Positions 14,807 through 29,900 of a stretch of DNA of 64,000 nucleotides are shown here, piece after piece; position 1 is the stretch's first letter, and each line of letters starts with the position of its first letter. The notes under the pieces were generated by a model. That model was given only the letters and a program-made list of their open reading frames with translations. It was not told the origin of the DNA and ran no database searches. A program made the translations under genes and the position numbers. Origin of the DNA: Bugula neritina (taxonomy: Eukaryota; Animalia; Bryozoa). The stretch covers positions 1,416,184 to 1,480,183 of the forward strand of contig OZ037768.1 of the NCBI GenBank assembly GCA_964035545.1, read 5' to 3'.

Positions 14807-16319
14807 GCCAAATATTTACTACAAAATTCAAAAATAGCATAAATTAAGTAGTATTACCGTGCCTATTTGCATCCAATTAACTAGTCTTACATTTATAGCA
14901 ACTGTAACGTATTTTGTGTATAATGGTTATTGCAAGCATTATTCAATTCATATTCACATTAAAATCACAGCGAAGCTTTAACTTTATAGCTTTGTATTTA
15001 TGTGCATGATTGAGTTTTAATTTTTCTTTTAATTTTATGTGCATTAGAAATGTATTTAAAAATTTTACCAATAAAAAAAAATTAAAAAAAATATACACAT
15101 AAAATAGAAAAAAAATAAAATAACAAAAGTGGCAAAATTTTTCCTTTATAACTTATATAAACTCGCGGTACCAATCTCGGCATAATGGCGCCCATATGAT
15201 TCCGTAAGATTTGCTAATGGCAACACTCTTAAATATACCACACTGCTCATCCTCTAGTGCTTTATGACTAGATCTTGATAATAATATTTAGTAGATATTA
15301 GTCCATCACTAATAATAATAATGTTATAATAGTACTAGTGCCAGTGGTACTAGTAGTATGATGTTAATTATTACAAAAGCGTTTTACTGTTTACCTCTGC
15401 GACTGCAGGTTTTATTGTTGTTCATCGATTGAAATGATAATCCTTGACAATTTTAATTTGAATAATAATAATTACTATTAGATTTAGTATTAGTAATAAT
15501 ATTATGGTTAATTTCATTTATTATTATAATTTTATATAATTATTATTATATTTTTAATTATTTAATAATTATAGTTGCCATTGGCTGATTGTGGTACTGT
15601 TTGGGTTATCAACATCTGTGAAAGTGAAAGCGCTAACTTTGTTATATATAAAATTATGAATATCAAATATCAATATGTCAATAGACAATACTCATACTGT
15701 TCAAAAATTAAAATGGCATACTCATAGTCATACTGATGCTCATACCGATTACCTTTAATTTTAACATGAAATCAAAATGTGGTACTGAAGCTTTGCAAAC
15801 TTAGCAAATAATATGCTAACCATTAGACTCTCATTCTAGAGTCAATGACTGTGTGTGACTTTATTTCATTTACTTTTGGTACACATTGACACCGATTATT
15901 TTCATCATATTTTCTATTTAGTGTACATAGCAGAGTGTATTGTGGGCTTTTATTAAGACATAATTATTAATGCAGTCTTTGCTCAGTCATTCTTTGATAT
16001 TAAGTTCAACATTGTTAAAATATTACGTTTTGTTTTTGTTAGAGAGCAAGCAGTCTTATTTCAAGCCACCCCAATAAAAAGTCTCTGACAAATACACTTG
16101 CTACAACTAAGCATTTAGTAGGATTTGTTAGCTTTTAAAATACTAGTGCATAATTTGTAACAGTCTTGAAAGAAATAAATTTCATGGGTCATTGTTCAAA
16201 AGTGATACTATCAGCTGGCAATCATCTGCTGCTGTATCTAAAATGATACATGTATCAGAAAAACCATACAGGTGTTAGTCTATCTATGACTTGTTTGCAT
16301 GCACTCTTGCAGACTCACA

Positions 16320-16986
16320 ATGAGTAACATATACCTGCAAGCTATGGGAAAGCTGGACAAGCTGGTGCCACCCAAATTGCAGCCGTTGTGGAGCAGTCCA
16401 GCTGGTCCAAAGACTGTCTTCTTTTGGGCTCCTGCATTCAAGTGGTGCTTAGTGTTTGCTGGTTTGGGCGATCTGAAGAGACCAGTAGAGAAACTGAGTG
16501 TTACACAGTCAAGTGCTTTGGCTGCCACAGGTTTGTGCTGGCAGCATTTATGTTATCTGATATTGATTTTGTGTTATCTAAAGATCTAGATTCTATTATA
16601 TATTTAAACATGAATATCTGTATTTTGTTTATTATATTATATTTTTTGTACTTGATGCACAATACAAATATACTATTTATATTGTGTTCATTACCTGTCA
16701 CTTTGTTGAGTTATTTTTTATTTTAAACTTTCTGATCACCAAGCTCTTGAGAATCTAAACTGAAAAAGTAATTACATCTCCATAACTTGTTAATCTCTTT
16801 ATCATATGTCTCTTTTCAAAGTGTCTTCTGCTGCCCCTAGGTATAATTTGGTCAAGATATTCCATGGTCATCACTCCCAAGAACCACAGTCTCTTTGCTG
16901 TCAACATATTTGTGGCCATAACTGGCTTCATCCAACTGGGCAGAATTTACAACTATAAGCGAAGCCTAAAATTAGCTGACGAATAA
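16320..16986 (+). CDS. MPC2: Mitochondrial pyruvate carrier 2
   Basis: Exons 16320-16530 and 16841-16986: PLWSSPAGPKTVFFWAPAFKWCLVFAGLGDLKRPVEKLSVTQSSALAATG|IIWSRYSMVITPKNHSLFAVN. Confidence 0.95.
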
Positions 16987-17925
16987 ATGTCACCATTTAG
17001 AATTTACGAATTAGTTTATTTTAAGATAGACTTAATTTTTTTAGGACTGTTTTTGTAGATCTGCTAGGATATGCTGCAATTGATCTGTATTTTGCTGACT
17101 GCATAATATTGCATGTACTTCTAGCTCTATTTAATTTTTGTAATTTTAAATTTCTATTCCATGTTTTTTTTGTATTTTCTATTACCTATTTTTTGTATTG
17201 TAATTAAAATGTAGAATCTGCTATTTTTGTTGCAAAACTGGAATATTTTGATAAAATAAAAAAATATTAGAAAAAAGTGAATGTTATAAATTCAAGAATA
17301 GACAGTTTGTGGTTACCCAATAAATGCATGTAGAGGTTGTATTCAGTAGGTATAAAACTTTTGTAATACTTGTAGAAATTCAAACTGTTCAAGTTGTATC
17401 CTTTTATATTTTATACAGTGCTTTTGTTTCAACTGTAAGGGTTAACAATGTACACTAAAATAATGCAAGAAATTATTACAAAGCATGTAACACTAAGTAC
17501 ACATTCCAATTCAATGCATACCACATTGTGAAATAATTGAATACATTTGCAGCAAAGCTATAGGGCAAAAAAGTAACATACTAATTGAAACATGGTTATT
17601 TTCAAACAATATAGCTATTTAATAACTTAAATCAACTATCATATAAATGCATGGAAAATAAACTTGTACATCTCTAACATGCAAACATACTAAAATTATA
17701 TAACAATACCTACTGATACTACAGAATAGCATATAAAGCCAATTAAAGGCATATAGCACCAGAAAGTCTAAATCACATCGCCATATTTCAATTAAATTTT
17801 AAATTAAAATCTAGAATAACCAAAATCAAGGAGGCACTGGAAATAATAGAACTATTGTAGATAAATTACATAGAATGTATCATGATTGGAATATTCTAGA
17901 GTTAACTTGGAGTCATGTGCTCTCC

Positions 17926-20900
17926 CTACAACACGTCTGCATCGTCCAACTCCTCATAATCATCATCGTCAGTGATGTCATCAGAGAGATTATCTTCAGC
18001 ATAATCATCATCACCATATTGGTTGTCAGCGGGGCAGCTGTCCTCAGCTCTGAAATTAGTTTATTATACAACATCTTCCAACTAAAGGCCTAGTTAACTC
18101 TATAATTATCTAATAATCATAGGTAAATGTATTTAAGTAGAATTTGGTAAAAAATATGCGGGTCTACACCTGGTAGTGTAGCACTGGTCACGAGTTACTA
18201 GCTACCAGTGATTAGCTATCAGTTACTAGCTACCAGTTACTAGCTACCAGTTACTAGTTACTAGTCACGAGTTACCAGTTACTAGCTACTAGCTATCAGT
18301 TAGTAGCTACCAGTTACTAGTTACTAGCTACCAGTTACTAGTCATTAGTTCCTAGTCACTAGTCTTGCTGTATATTCAAATCAGAATCCGTAGAGTTTAT
18401 AGTTTTAACAAAAATAATACAATTGATTGGTTTGTATATCCATTCACAAAATTTGTGAACTCACGAAAATGCAAGTGGTTTGCCATCTTCACTTGTCAGC
18501 TCTGTAACCTTAAAATGTCTGCTCTTCAACCTAAGCAGCGCGTCAGCAAATTTCCTGCCCATGTGCTGCAGATGGGAAATGTTTATATGTAAACCCTGAA
18601 AAACAGAACCTTCCTTTATAATATAAACTTTAAATTGATAGATAACTTGTCTGAACAACAAAAATAATGTTGAAGTTCGACTTGTGCATGAAATTTCCTT
18701 GTAATGTTTTATTAGTGCTGAATGCAGCATGATATTGCTGCTTCATGGACTGCAAAGTGCAAGTTGCTGTTATGACATCATTGCAGTTGATTTATTCCAT
18801 TTACAACCATATTTATACTGATTATTGCTTTTCAACGCAGATGAAATTCTATTAAACAATAATTAATATATAAACTGCACACATAGCTCCAATTACAGAT
18901 TATTCTGATACATTTAGGCATGAAGTTGATTTTTTTCTAAATTTAATTTCTTGCCTAAACTTGATTAACTATAACAGGGGTTGAGAGAGTATGTACAGTT
19001 TTTTTCTCTTTTTTAAACTAAAAGTCACAACGAATTCACAAAAGAAGAGCACAATTCATAAACACTAAATAATTAACATATTTCATCCAACCATTTTATT
19101 TTTATTTGTTAGTGTTAGTGTTCATTATGCACTTGTAGTTGTGTTCCCATGTATTCCTCCAGTGTATTTATATTAAAGTAAGCTAAAGGTGAGAAAAAAT
19201 ACAGAGTTTGCTGTTAATCCTATATTATATATTATGAGAAAACAAGCTTAAATGTTTATGTGAAAGTTGACCAGTCATACACACATTCATACTCTGTTTA
19301 TATCTCGTGTAGAAGGCAATAAACTAGAAGGTAGACTAACACAGTGTGAGCTTACATTATACGGCCCCTGATCACACCCACAGTAGGAGCTCTCCATAGT
19401 GTAGGACCTGACAACACCAATCTGTCTCCATACTACGACCCTTGCAGTTGTCTCTTTGGTCTTCTCAACAGTGAAACTGCAGCTGGACAAAGAGAAAGCT
19501 GGTGCCGTCTGAGACAAGACTTTCGGTAACGTCTGCAATGACAGAGAGAAGAGATTAATGGTGATCCAGGAAAAAAAAATGGCGATGATATCATAACTTG
19601 TTTATTTGTTTAAACTATGAATGTGTAACAAGGCAAAAGCTTTGTTCATTGCGTACTGAATTCAACTGTTTAAAATTCAATAAAAAAAGCGACAAAAATT
19701 TATAGAGATGTATTATACTTGAACATAGTACATATAAATCTGCCTCCACATGTATCAGGGTGCGAAAGGTGAGGCAACAGAAGAGAGGACAACTGCTAAA
19801 CAACACATAATCAGCTGGTATACGTAAGACACACAGACAGAAGTTGCTCATACAAAGGTGTGAGAAGCAAGTGTGATGGTAAATAGCACTTGAGAAGAAA
19901 AAATAATATAACACAATTGTACGGTGGATATTTCAAAAGAAGGGTTTCAAGTAAAACTGTGTTACAGAATATCTATAATGAGTTGTTGGTACAAAAATCT
20001 ATACCAGCTACCTCGTCGTCAAATCTCTGATCGCTCTAAAAACATGTACATTCACGGTCTGGTAACTAACTTAGAGCTTAGACAGAAAAACAATAAAATT
20101 GAAAATAAAATTATATTCAAAAAAGGAAAAAAATATAATTTAATTCAACAGCTGTTCAGGAAGTATAATAATACCTTGATGTCTCCATATTCAATTACTT
20201 ATTACATAATACTATAGAATGCACAAAGCAGATTCTATTAATTAGTCATATGATTAGTCAATATGTTACATTATACAATATGTCATATTATAATATATAT
20301 AATATAACACACATACATATAATATAACACACATACATATAATATAACACACATACATATAATATAACACACATACATGTAATATAACACACATACATGT
20401 AATATAACACACATACATATAGTATAACACACATACATATAATATAACACACATACATATAATATAACACACATACATGTAATATAACACACATACATGT
20501 AATATAACACACATACATATAGTATAACACACATATGATGCAGAGCGTAGAATGACCCTGACCTTATACCCATAATCCTCAGACTTATCACTCAGTACAG
20601 AAGGATTATCCACATCGTCTGTCATCCAGGACTGAGAAGGACTGCAGCCGTAGAGGAAGACATTCTTTCTACGAGAGTGACCTAGTTAAAGACATATTAA
20701 TGTAGGTCAATATAATACACTTACTATGTTATATATTAACAACAGTGTGTAATTACTACAACATATACTTACTATGACACACATACTTACCATAACATAT
20801 ACTTACTATGACACACATAATTACCATAACTTACACTTACTATGACATACATACTTACCATAACATATACTTACTATGACACACATACTTACCATAACAT

Positions 20901-23900
20901 ACACTTACTATGACACACATACTTACCATAACATACACTTACTATGACCTACATACTTACTACAACATATACTTACTATGACACACATACTTACCATAAC
21001 ACATACTTACTATGACACACATACTTACCATAACATACACTTACTATGACACACATACTTCCCATAACATATACTTACTATGACCTAAATACTTACCGTG
21101 ATAGTCACAGTAAACCAGAGGTGTTCTCTGCATGTGTCTCATGAACTGCAGCATACCCTTGGTGTGGTATATGGTGGGGTGCAGACGTGGACAGCTCACC
21201 ATCCATCTTCTGTTCAAGTCTTCTGCACTCAGTGAACATCTGTGACTGTAAGGAGATGTCATATCATCTAATATCACATATCATATCACGATATACAATG
21301 CAGTATCATATCATATCATACCACGATATACAATGCAGTATCATATCATATCATCTAATATCACGATATACAACACAGTATCATATCATATCATCTAATA
21401 CCATATCATGACATATAATACAATATCATATGATATACCAAAATAGACCCCAGACCAGGTGAACCACACATGGCAGTCTCAAGATGACACAACCTGTAGC
21501 TACGGTTACATCTTAGACTGATGGCTCAGACACAAAGTTGCTCCTGTTTACGATACAACAGAACTGTGATTTAAAGGCCAGCAAGTTCTTGGGTTAAATT
21601 GACTTTTTAAAACTAAAATAATAGAGACACACAAGGATACTGTGCACCTAGCTTTGTTTAGGTGAATATACTCACCATCACGATTTAATACCCTGCAAAG
21701 CACTACTCAACAAAAACATGAACAATACACGGCAACTGCTACAGTTTTTACAAATAACTCAGCTATATTCAACGAAAAATATGCATACTTATAGATAAGT
21801 AATTGAACTAACTTTCCGTTGATAACCCCATCCGGGTTCAACATTGGAACAATCTTGAAGATGTAAGTCTGTCTGAGAGCAACGGCTTCCTTGGAGTCGC
21901 TCAGCAAGTGTTCAATAGTTCCCTTCATCACCCAGCTGGCATTAGACTCACCAGGGTGAACTCGGCATGACAGGAATATGTACGGCTTGTTTCCTACATA
22001 ACGATATCTTGAGCTCATATAACATACCATACAAACTAAAACTCAAGTTGACATTTGCACGCTTAAAGTTCAACCCATCGGTAATTGTTCACTGAGCAAT
22101 GAATACTAGAAAAATAAACCACCATCAGAAAATACAATACGAAATGTTGTAATATATATTATATAACATAATAATATATTGTAATATAATATAAAAATAT
22201 ATGCAATACATTAATATATGTAGTGTATATGTAATATTGGACTCACTGAATTGTTCTACAGCTTCTTTGCTATTGGAGGAAGGATAGTTGGTTATAGTAA
22301 GAACATTGACATTGTTGCCGGACATCGACTGACAAAGCACTTGATTTCTGAAGTATATGGCGCTCTCGTCAATACTGTGCTGCCACCTTGACAGCTGACA
22401 CTACAACACACAGTATAACATGTATGACATCTGACACTACAACGCACGGTATAACCTGTATGACATCTGACACTACAACACACGGTATAACATGTATGAC
22501 AGCTGTCACTACAACACACGGTATAACATGTATGGCAGCTGTCACTACACTGTATATTATGACAGCTGTCACCGTATAGTATGACAGCTGTCGCTGTATA
22601 GTATGACAGCTGTCACTGTATAGTATGACAGCTGTCATGACACTGTATAGTATGACAGCTGTCACTGTATAGTATGACAGCTGTCACTGTATAGTGTGAC
22701 AGCTGTCACTGTATAGTATGACAGCTGGCACCGTATAGTATGACAGCTGTCTCTAAACCATATAACATGTATGAAAGGACCTTATATGGCCAATGTTAGA
22801 GTTAGCACTAAATCTAACATCTCCTAAAAATAAAATCAACTGAAAACAATTTCATTTTGTAGCTTCACTGATGAAATATTCTGAGCAGGTAATAAGGTAG
22901 GTGACATGGTACAGGTACCTGGAGAGATGTGTAGGTATACGGGTAGTGATATGCTATATAGCAGACATCATAGCTGTGTGGGAACACAATAGTAAAGGTT
23001 GTAGTGAAGTAGAGTTTGCCTCTGACTCCACCCGTCACCTGGGAGCTCCTGGACAGGTGGTTCTTGAAGTAGCAGACGTCAGTTCCGGCTCGAGCCCAAT
23101 ACGGCTCACCATTTACTGCGGCCTGTACAGAGTACATCACCGGCTGCATGCCTACAGCATACACAGTATATATGAATACACACAGTATATGATATGAATA
23201 TACAGTATATATGATATGAATATACACAGTATATACGATATGTATGTATATATAATATAAAGAGACACACCAAAGTTAAACTGGCTGTTGGTTTTCTCAT
23301 TGTTGATGATGTTGAATCTGTAGCGTCTACCAGCCACCATGTTGCTGACCTCAAAATAGAACCACTGGTGGTGGTGATTTGAGTTCACATCTGGACATAG
23401 TATGAGATCATACTCGTTCTCTCTGATCTGCAGCCACACGTACAGGTATTATATATACATATTATATACATACTACATACATATTATATGCTTATTATAT
23501 ACATATTATACACATATGATATACATATTATATATATACTATATACATATTATATACATATTATCTACACACAGTATATCCTGCAGACCTTTACAAAGAT
23601 ACTGCTAGAGTTATGAGTACTTTCATAGTACTTGCAAATTTTTTAAAACTAAATGTGGTGAGAAAAACTCTGCTAGATTCCACAACAAACAGTTAATCAT
23701 CAAATACATTCCTTGCCTGTAGCTGGGTAATGCACACAGAAGGCAACATCAGACTAACAGGCCAACACCTTCAGCAATTAAAGGCTGCAGATTTTCATGA
23801 CTAAAATAACTCTATATACTAACTTGGATTGACTTTCTTAGATTTCCAGACTCAAAGAGAGAGTTGAAATGGAGATGGTCATATGGAGTTACTGGTTTGC

Positions 23901-26900
23901 CTAATCTGCAAACACCACAAAAATATATCCCACCTCAACACATGTATCTCACCTCAACATATATATCCCACCTCAACACGTATATCCCACCTCAACATAT
24001 CCCACCTCAACACATGCTTATTACATCATAAAGAAATACACAACCCGTTACACCCGAAATATAAAATACTGAGTCATAAGTTTCACTCTAAAAGCACACA
24101 TTTAAAGCTTTAGCATCAAACTCACTAATAACATACACCAATAAAAGCTACTCAAAGTGCTGATGATTGACTGTAAACAGGCAACTAATTTCCTACCTTT
24201 CAACGTCGTGATTGGCGTAATATGAACTTCCACCGTGAAACTCATCTCCGCCATCTTTGACAATGGCATCAAAATCATAAACGACGCGGTTGAGTAACTC
24301 TTCCGAGTTTATCAGTCTATCTATATCTTCAAATATTTTAGCTCTACAGAATACACAGCGAGGATAGTATCAATAACTTACAATTATATATCGATTATTG
24401 AGAATTCTATTTTATTTTAACTTTTCAGTTGTCATACAATCTACCTAAAGGAATCACTAGTGGAAAAATTTGCTGAAAAATTATTCATGCGATACTAGAC
24501 AAGTAAGTAATAATAATATAATAAAATAATATAATAAATATAATCTAATAATAAATTTGCAAAAAAATTATAGTAAGTTCAGAAAATATATTTGGGCCAT
24601 TTGAACATAGCATACCTCTGCACACCAAACTTCCTTTCATACAGCGGCTCTCTCTTTGGGATAGGCTTTGAGCCATGCAGGTCTGGATACGCCACTTTGT
24701 TAAATCTGCCCACACTGTTGGTCTTCCTGGCCATGTCGTAGAAGTCTGCAGGTTTCACCCAGTCATCGGCAGAAAATTCTGAGTCATCACCTTCATCCAG
24801 CAGAGGGTCATTCTGTGTGGAAAGTGTCGTGAGTTAGTCTACTGTACACCATACTATGTGACTAACATTAGTGAGTAACTATCACTAGTGAGTAACTGGC
24901 ACTAGTGATTGATACTAGTGAGTAACTGACACTAGTGAGTGACTATCACTACTGAGTGACTGACACTAGTGAGTGACTGACACTAGTGAGTGACTATCAC
25001 TACTGAGTGACTGACACTAGTGAGTGACTATCACTAGTGAGTGACTGACACTAGTGAGTGACTATCACTACTGAGTGACTGACACTAGTGAGTGACTGAC
25101 ACTAGTGAGTGACTATCACTAGTGAGTAACTGCACAAGTGAGTGACTATCACTAGTGAGTAACTGCACTGGTGAGTGACTGACACTAGTGAGTGAGAACA
25201 CTAGTGAGTGACTGACACTAGTGAGTAACCAACAGTGCTGAGTGACTAACACCAGGAAGTGAGTGACTGACACTACTGAGTGACTAACTGACACTAGTGA
25301 GTGACTATCACTACTTGATGAGTATGACTCCTGAGTGAATAATATTACAGACAGATGACTCTTCAAGCACCTCACCCTCAGATCATCCATGTCCAGCAAC
25401 GAATCAGTAGATTTACTCGCTTTCCCTTTAGACTTTGCTTTGTGCTCAAAAGGGGTGACGAGAGGTTTATATCGAGACTTATTACTGGTGGGGGAGTTAA
25501 CTTCAAAGTCAAGAGAGAACACAGGCTGTCCTGTCTTCAAGTTCACTGCAGACGCAGCACCATCAAACACCTCCTTCTTCTCCAGTCTAGCTGTGGCTGC
25601 GGCCTGTAAGAGTTTATATCTTACAGGAAACAAGCATGACTCACACAGGAAACAAGCATGACTCATACAGGAAACAGGCATGACTCATACAGGAAGCAAG
25701 AATGACTCATACAGGAAATGTAGGAGACGAGTCACAAATCATACTCCATTATCTACAAGAATTAGAATGCATATAACACTGTCTACAGTCCTTAATGGTA
25801 GATGTTTAAATTACCTCCTCATCTTTTCGATAAGTATATGGGGCCTTAGTCCTTCCCCTCCCAGCAGTCGAAGGAGCAGAGTCTAAAGTGTTACCAAACA
25901 GCGGCTCACTGAAGTGAGTATACTTAGTAGACCGGAGATCTGGCATGCTGTGCGGGTTACCCTTGAGACCTTCCGACGCAGTCAGTGAAGACACTCTGTC
26001 TAACAGGATGTTGAGGTCATCCTGTTGAGTAGATAGAGTGTCCTTGACTTTTATGTGATTTGGTAATGGAATATAAATTTAGAAAAATTACAATAAATAA
26101 ACAACTGCATAAGTAGAGCAAGAATTTCTGGACTGACACCTACAGTACTTGTTATATGTAGAGTTGTTTTATCTTCGCATTTATTTACACGCATCTTACA
26201 ATATTAAGGTTTTAGCTATTGTGGTAGAGCTGCTTTACTTTTATAATTTAATTACCCATAGTATTCAACACATGGCCATAATAAGTTGAAAATTATATTA
26301 ACTATTTCAATATAACTAAAATGTTGAAATCTTTTTATTTTTAATTTATTTACAATACCAATTTTAAATTTATAACAGTGGAGTTATCTCACCTCTATAT
26401 CCAGCACTTCTGGAAAAAATTGCTCATACATTCTCAGATCTTCCAGAGTTCTCCTTGCACTTCCTTCATCTGGTCTGTCCAGGGAGAAATTCTGAAATAT
26501 AAACAATTAGTCAATATGAGTATTTCTACCATACAAGGTTTTCAGTGAGTAACAATATAACATATTATGAGAACAGCAAAAAGTAAATTATTTTCAAAGC
26601 TGAGGCTAAAAATTGGAGTTATCAGTTCTTGCATATCCAAGCAGAAACAGAATTAGTTGATGGCCCATGTCGTGTAACAGTAAAGCAAAGCATAAAATTT
26701 AATGTATATAATAAGTTTATATATTAAATTATATTATATATAACTTATATATTAAATTATAACATTATACATGTGATAGAATATTATAATATATGTAATG
26801 CAACATATTAAATATACAGAGCATATTGTAGATATAACAATAGATGTTAAGCAAAACCACTCTATAAAATATACTTCTAAATAATCATAAAAAGAGTTTG

Positions 26901-29900
26901 CAGTGAAAGCGCCACGAGCAGTTAGTAAACAAACTAGAGCATGATGTGACCAGCTAACCACCCGGTCTACACTTACACCCTCAAGCGCTCCGAACTCCTG
27001 AATCAGAAAGGAAATGAGTGACTAGTAGCCAGCACACCGAGTTTATGACATCATAGTGTGAAAGCTATATGCTATATGACAGAGCTAGAGCTGAAATTTT
27101 TAACTTTAATAAAATGGTGTAGAAAATCCGTTTAACATTTAATAAAAAAAATTACATGGAATTTAATAAAAGAATCTGACAGTCAGCATTCAGGTAATGG
27201 TGCTGACATTACTGTCAGTTCAGTTATTATACTGTCTTTACTTTAGGTGACAAGTTACTTATTTAAAATTTTCAATGAGGTAGGCCAGTAAAATACGAAA
27301 TATTAACAACATATTTCAACATTAAATATTGGAAAATCAAACATCTATATGAGCCAGGCCAGTGAAGTGGTAGTCAAATCCAATATTTTATTTTCTTAAG
27401 TACATTTTGATTCTAGTTTACAATTAATTACATAATTCAATTTGAGTTCCTATGAACATAACAACAGCAATATATGAAAGTCTAGAAAAGTAATATGAAA
27501 TGCCATAGAAGAAACAATTGACAATAAATAATTTAAGTGGACTCACTCCTAGAGCAGGTTTGGTAGGCTCAATTTCATCATCACTGCTCAGGTCGTCGTC
27601 ATTATCTAGACTAGAATCGTCGTCATCTTTAGTGTCAACATTGAGAGTTATCCCATTCAGCAGAGCTGCATCTACACACACAGTACATACTGCAGACGTA
27701 CTGGTATTCCACAGTAACAACAGGAGTTATCTTCTCATTTGAATTATATATCATTAGAAAATAGCATATTTTCTGACTTAGTTTAAATGTTATGTCAAAT
27801 AATGAGTATACACTATGATGTGCAACATATTATTACACTAATATAATGATAAAGCTTTTTTTTAAGATTATTTCAATTTAGTCACTATCTTTCTAAAATG
27901 CTAGATCTTGGTTGATAAAAATAGGCACTTCAAAATCAAAGCTAGTCAGCCAAGATTGACCTTCGACCCCGTAGATGACTCATTTTAAAAAAAATCTTTC
28001 AAGCAAAACTTCCCAAAACTTTTATACTTGCTGACACTTTCTTGATGAATAGCACCAAATATAAGGAATAATAAACTCTCTTGGAAGCAAAATACAGTAT
28101 ACAGTATAGTGACTGAGTATATATGACCTTATCAAGGTCGCACCACCGAAACTGGTGTTTACCTTTACTCAAGCCCTGGGGGATATGGAATTCACTTTCA
28201 GGAAGTTTATACAGTAGAGTAGTTTTCGTAGCGTTGGCTGGAAGTTTCTGACGGGGAAAGCATTTTCTAAGAACGAGACTAGCGATAAATATGAGACTCT
28301 CCAACTCCCGGACGTCCATGATGTCTTCGCAGATCTTGTACAACACCCGAACGCCGTCAGCGTCTATGACAGCTTGTCTGCCAGACTCTGCATAACACAC
28401 AATCAGAAATAATCATTGGAATTGTGCGAATATAAATCCAACAATCAACACACAAACGAAGAAACTTATAGTAGGTGTATAAAATCAGCCAGAAAATTAA
28501 AACTGCTGGCTGATAGAAGTACTTTTATGATGTAAAGTTGCCTTCATGCTGAATTTATCTCATATTGATATTTTAGAATCTTCAGAAAAAAAATTCACAA
28601 AAATGTTTCTCCAAAATAATTTAAATGAATGAATGGTTATTCTAATGAAACCAAAACAACTCCAAGTACCATCAGATGAAATCTGAACTATCTCTCTTGT
28701 ATCATACTTTCTTTTTCACAAGAACATAACCAAAAGATGTATTGGCCTGTAATGACATCAAGACAGAGTTTAACCGCAATTGTCTATGTACTTAACAAGA
28801 GTAGATAATTTGGGTTGTTCTTTAGATTACTGAAGGCAGATAAATTAGAGTTGTTTTCAAAGATAGTAAACCAACAAGGAGTTGTCCCCCCATATAGACT
28901 CACTCAGGTTAGACACATGCTTCAGAATATTCAGCAGTGACTTTCGTAGACTGATGTGTCTGTTCTTCGTGTCTAGCCTGTGCCACTCTGCATACATCTG
29001 AATAAGTATCGGGACTCCGCCATAGCCAACCGCCCTCGCTGAGTTTGACTCTAGATATAACATGCTAATAGTATACGTACATTGCACATACTTGTGTCAG
29101 CTGCATAGTACGCATAAGCTATGCAATGTGTGTTTGCCGAGAGATGAAAATAATGTTTGAAGTATTCATTTCTTCAAATTGCATTACAAAATAAAGAGAG
29201 GATGAAAGTGACATACTTGACTTGACAAGGAGAACCAGGGTGTCCAGGGCTGTTTTAGTCATCACAGCATTCTTCTTATTTATATTAGATATTATTTTAA
29301 ACAGTGTGTTTATAGCTCCGTTCTTCCCCAAGTACGAAGCGTTGATGGCTACAAATACACCTGCCAGGTAATAGCTACTATCTCTATACCAACAATTTAG
29401 TTTTAGTATCAGAAAGTACATTTGTGACTCTCTATGAGATGAGATAATTTATTTATTCATGTAAACGTTGGTAACTCAAAACCAGCCCAAAGACATCTTA
29501 TCCATTTATAACATACCAATCTAATATAAGTATTAATACATTATATAATGTATCCCGTCTTTAACATCAACAATTTATGAATACAAACAATTTTTAAATG
29601 CGGAATATATTTCTCAGCATGACATATAGACTGAGCTCCTATGAGGTTAAGAGAGCTGATAACAAACCATTGTTGGCGTAAGATTTCAGTACCGTCAGCA
29701 CAGGCTGGAGGTTTCTCACGGCTGTACTGTGGGTGTGATTTCTTATGAATGCCAAGGTCACAGGAAGTGCTTGGCTTAACCTCGCTTTGACCCCGAACTT
29801 CCTGTCTGTAGCAACACAACTGATACTTCAACGATTCAGCAATATAGTAAGAGTGCTGCATGGAAACACTCTACTATGATGACTCAGAGATACAGCAATA

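Noticed and set aside
17926-18049. Acidic CCP1 tail as a novel tubulin-tail mimic
   Set aside because: An acidic C-terminus is also present in vertebrate CCP1, so it is not distinctive
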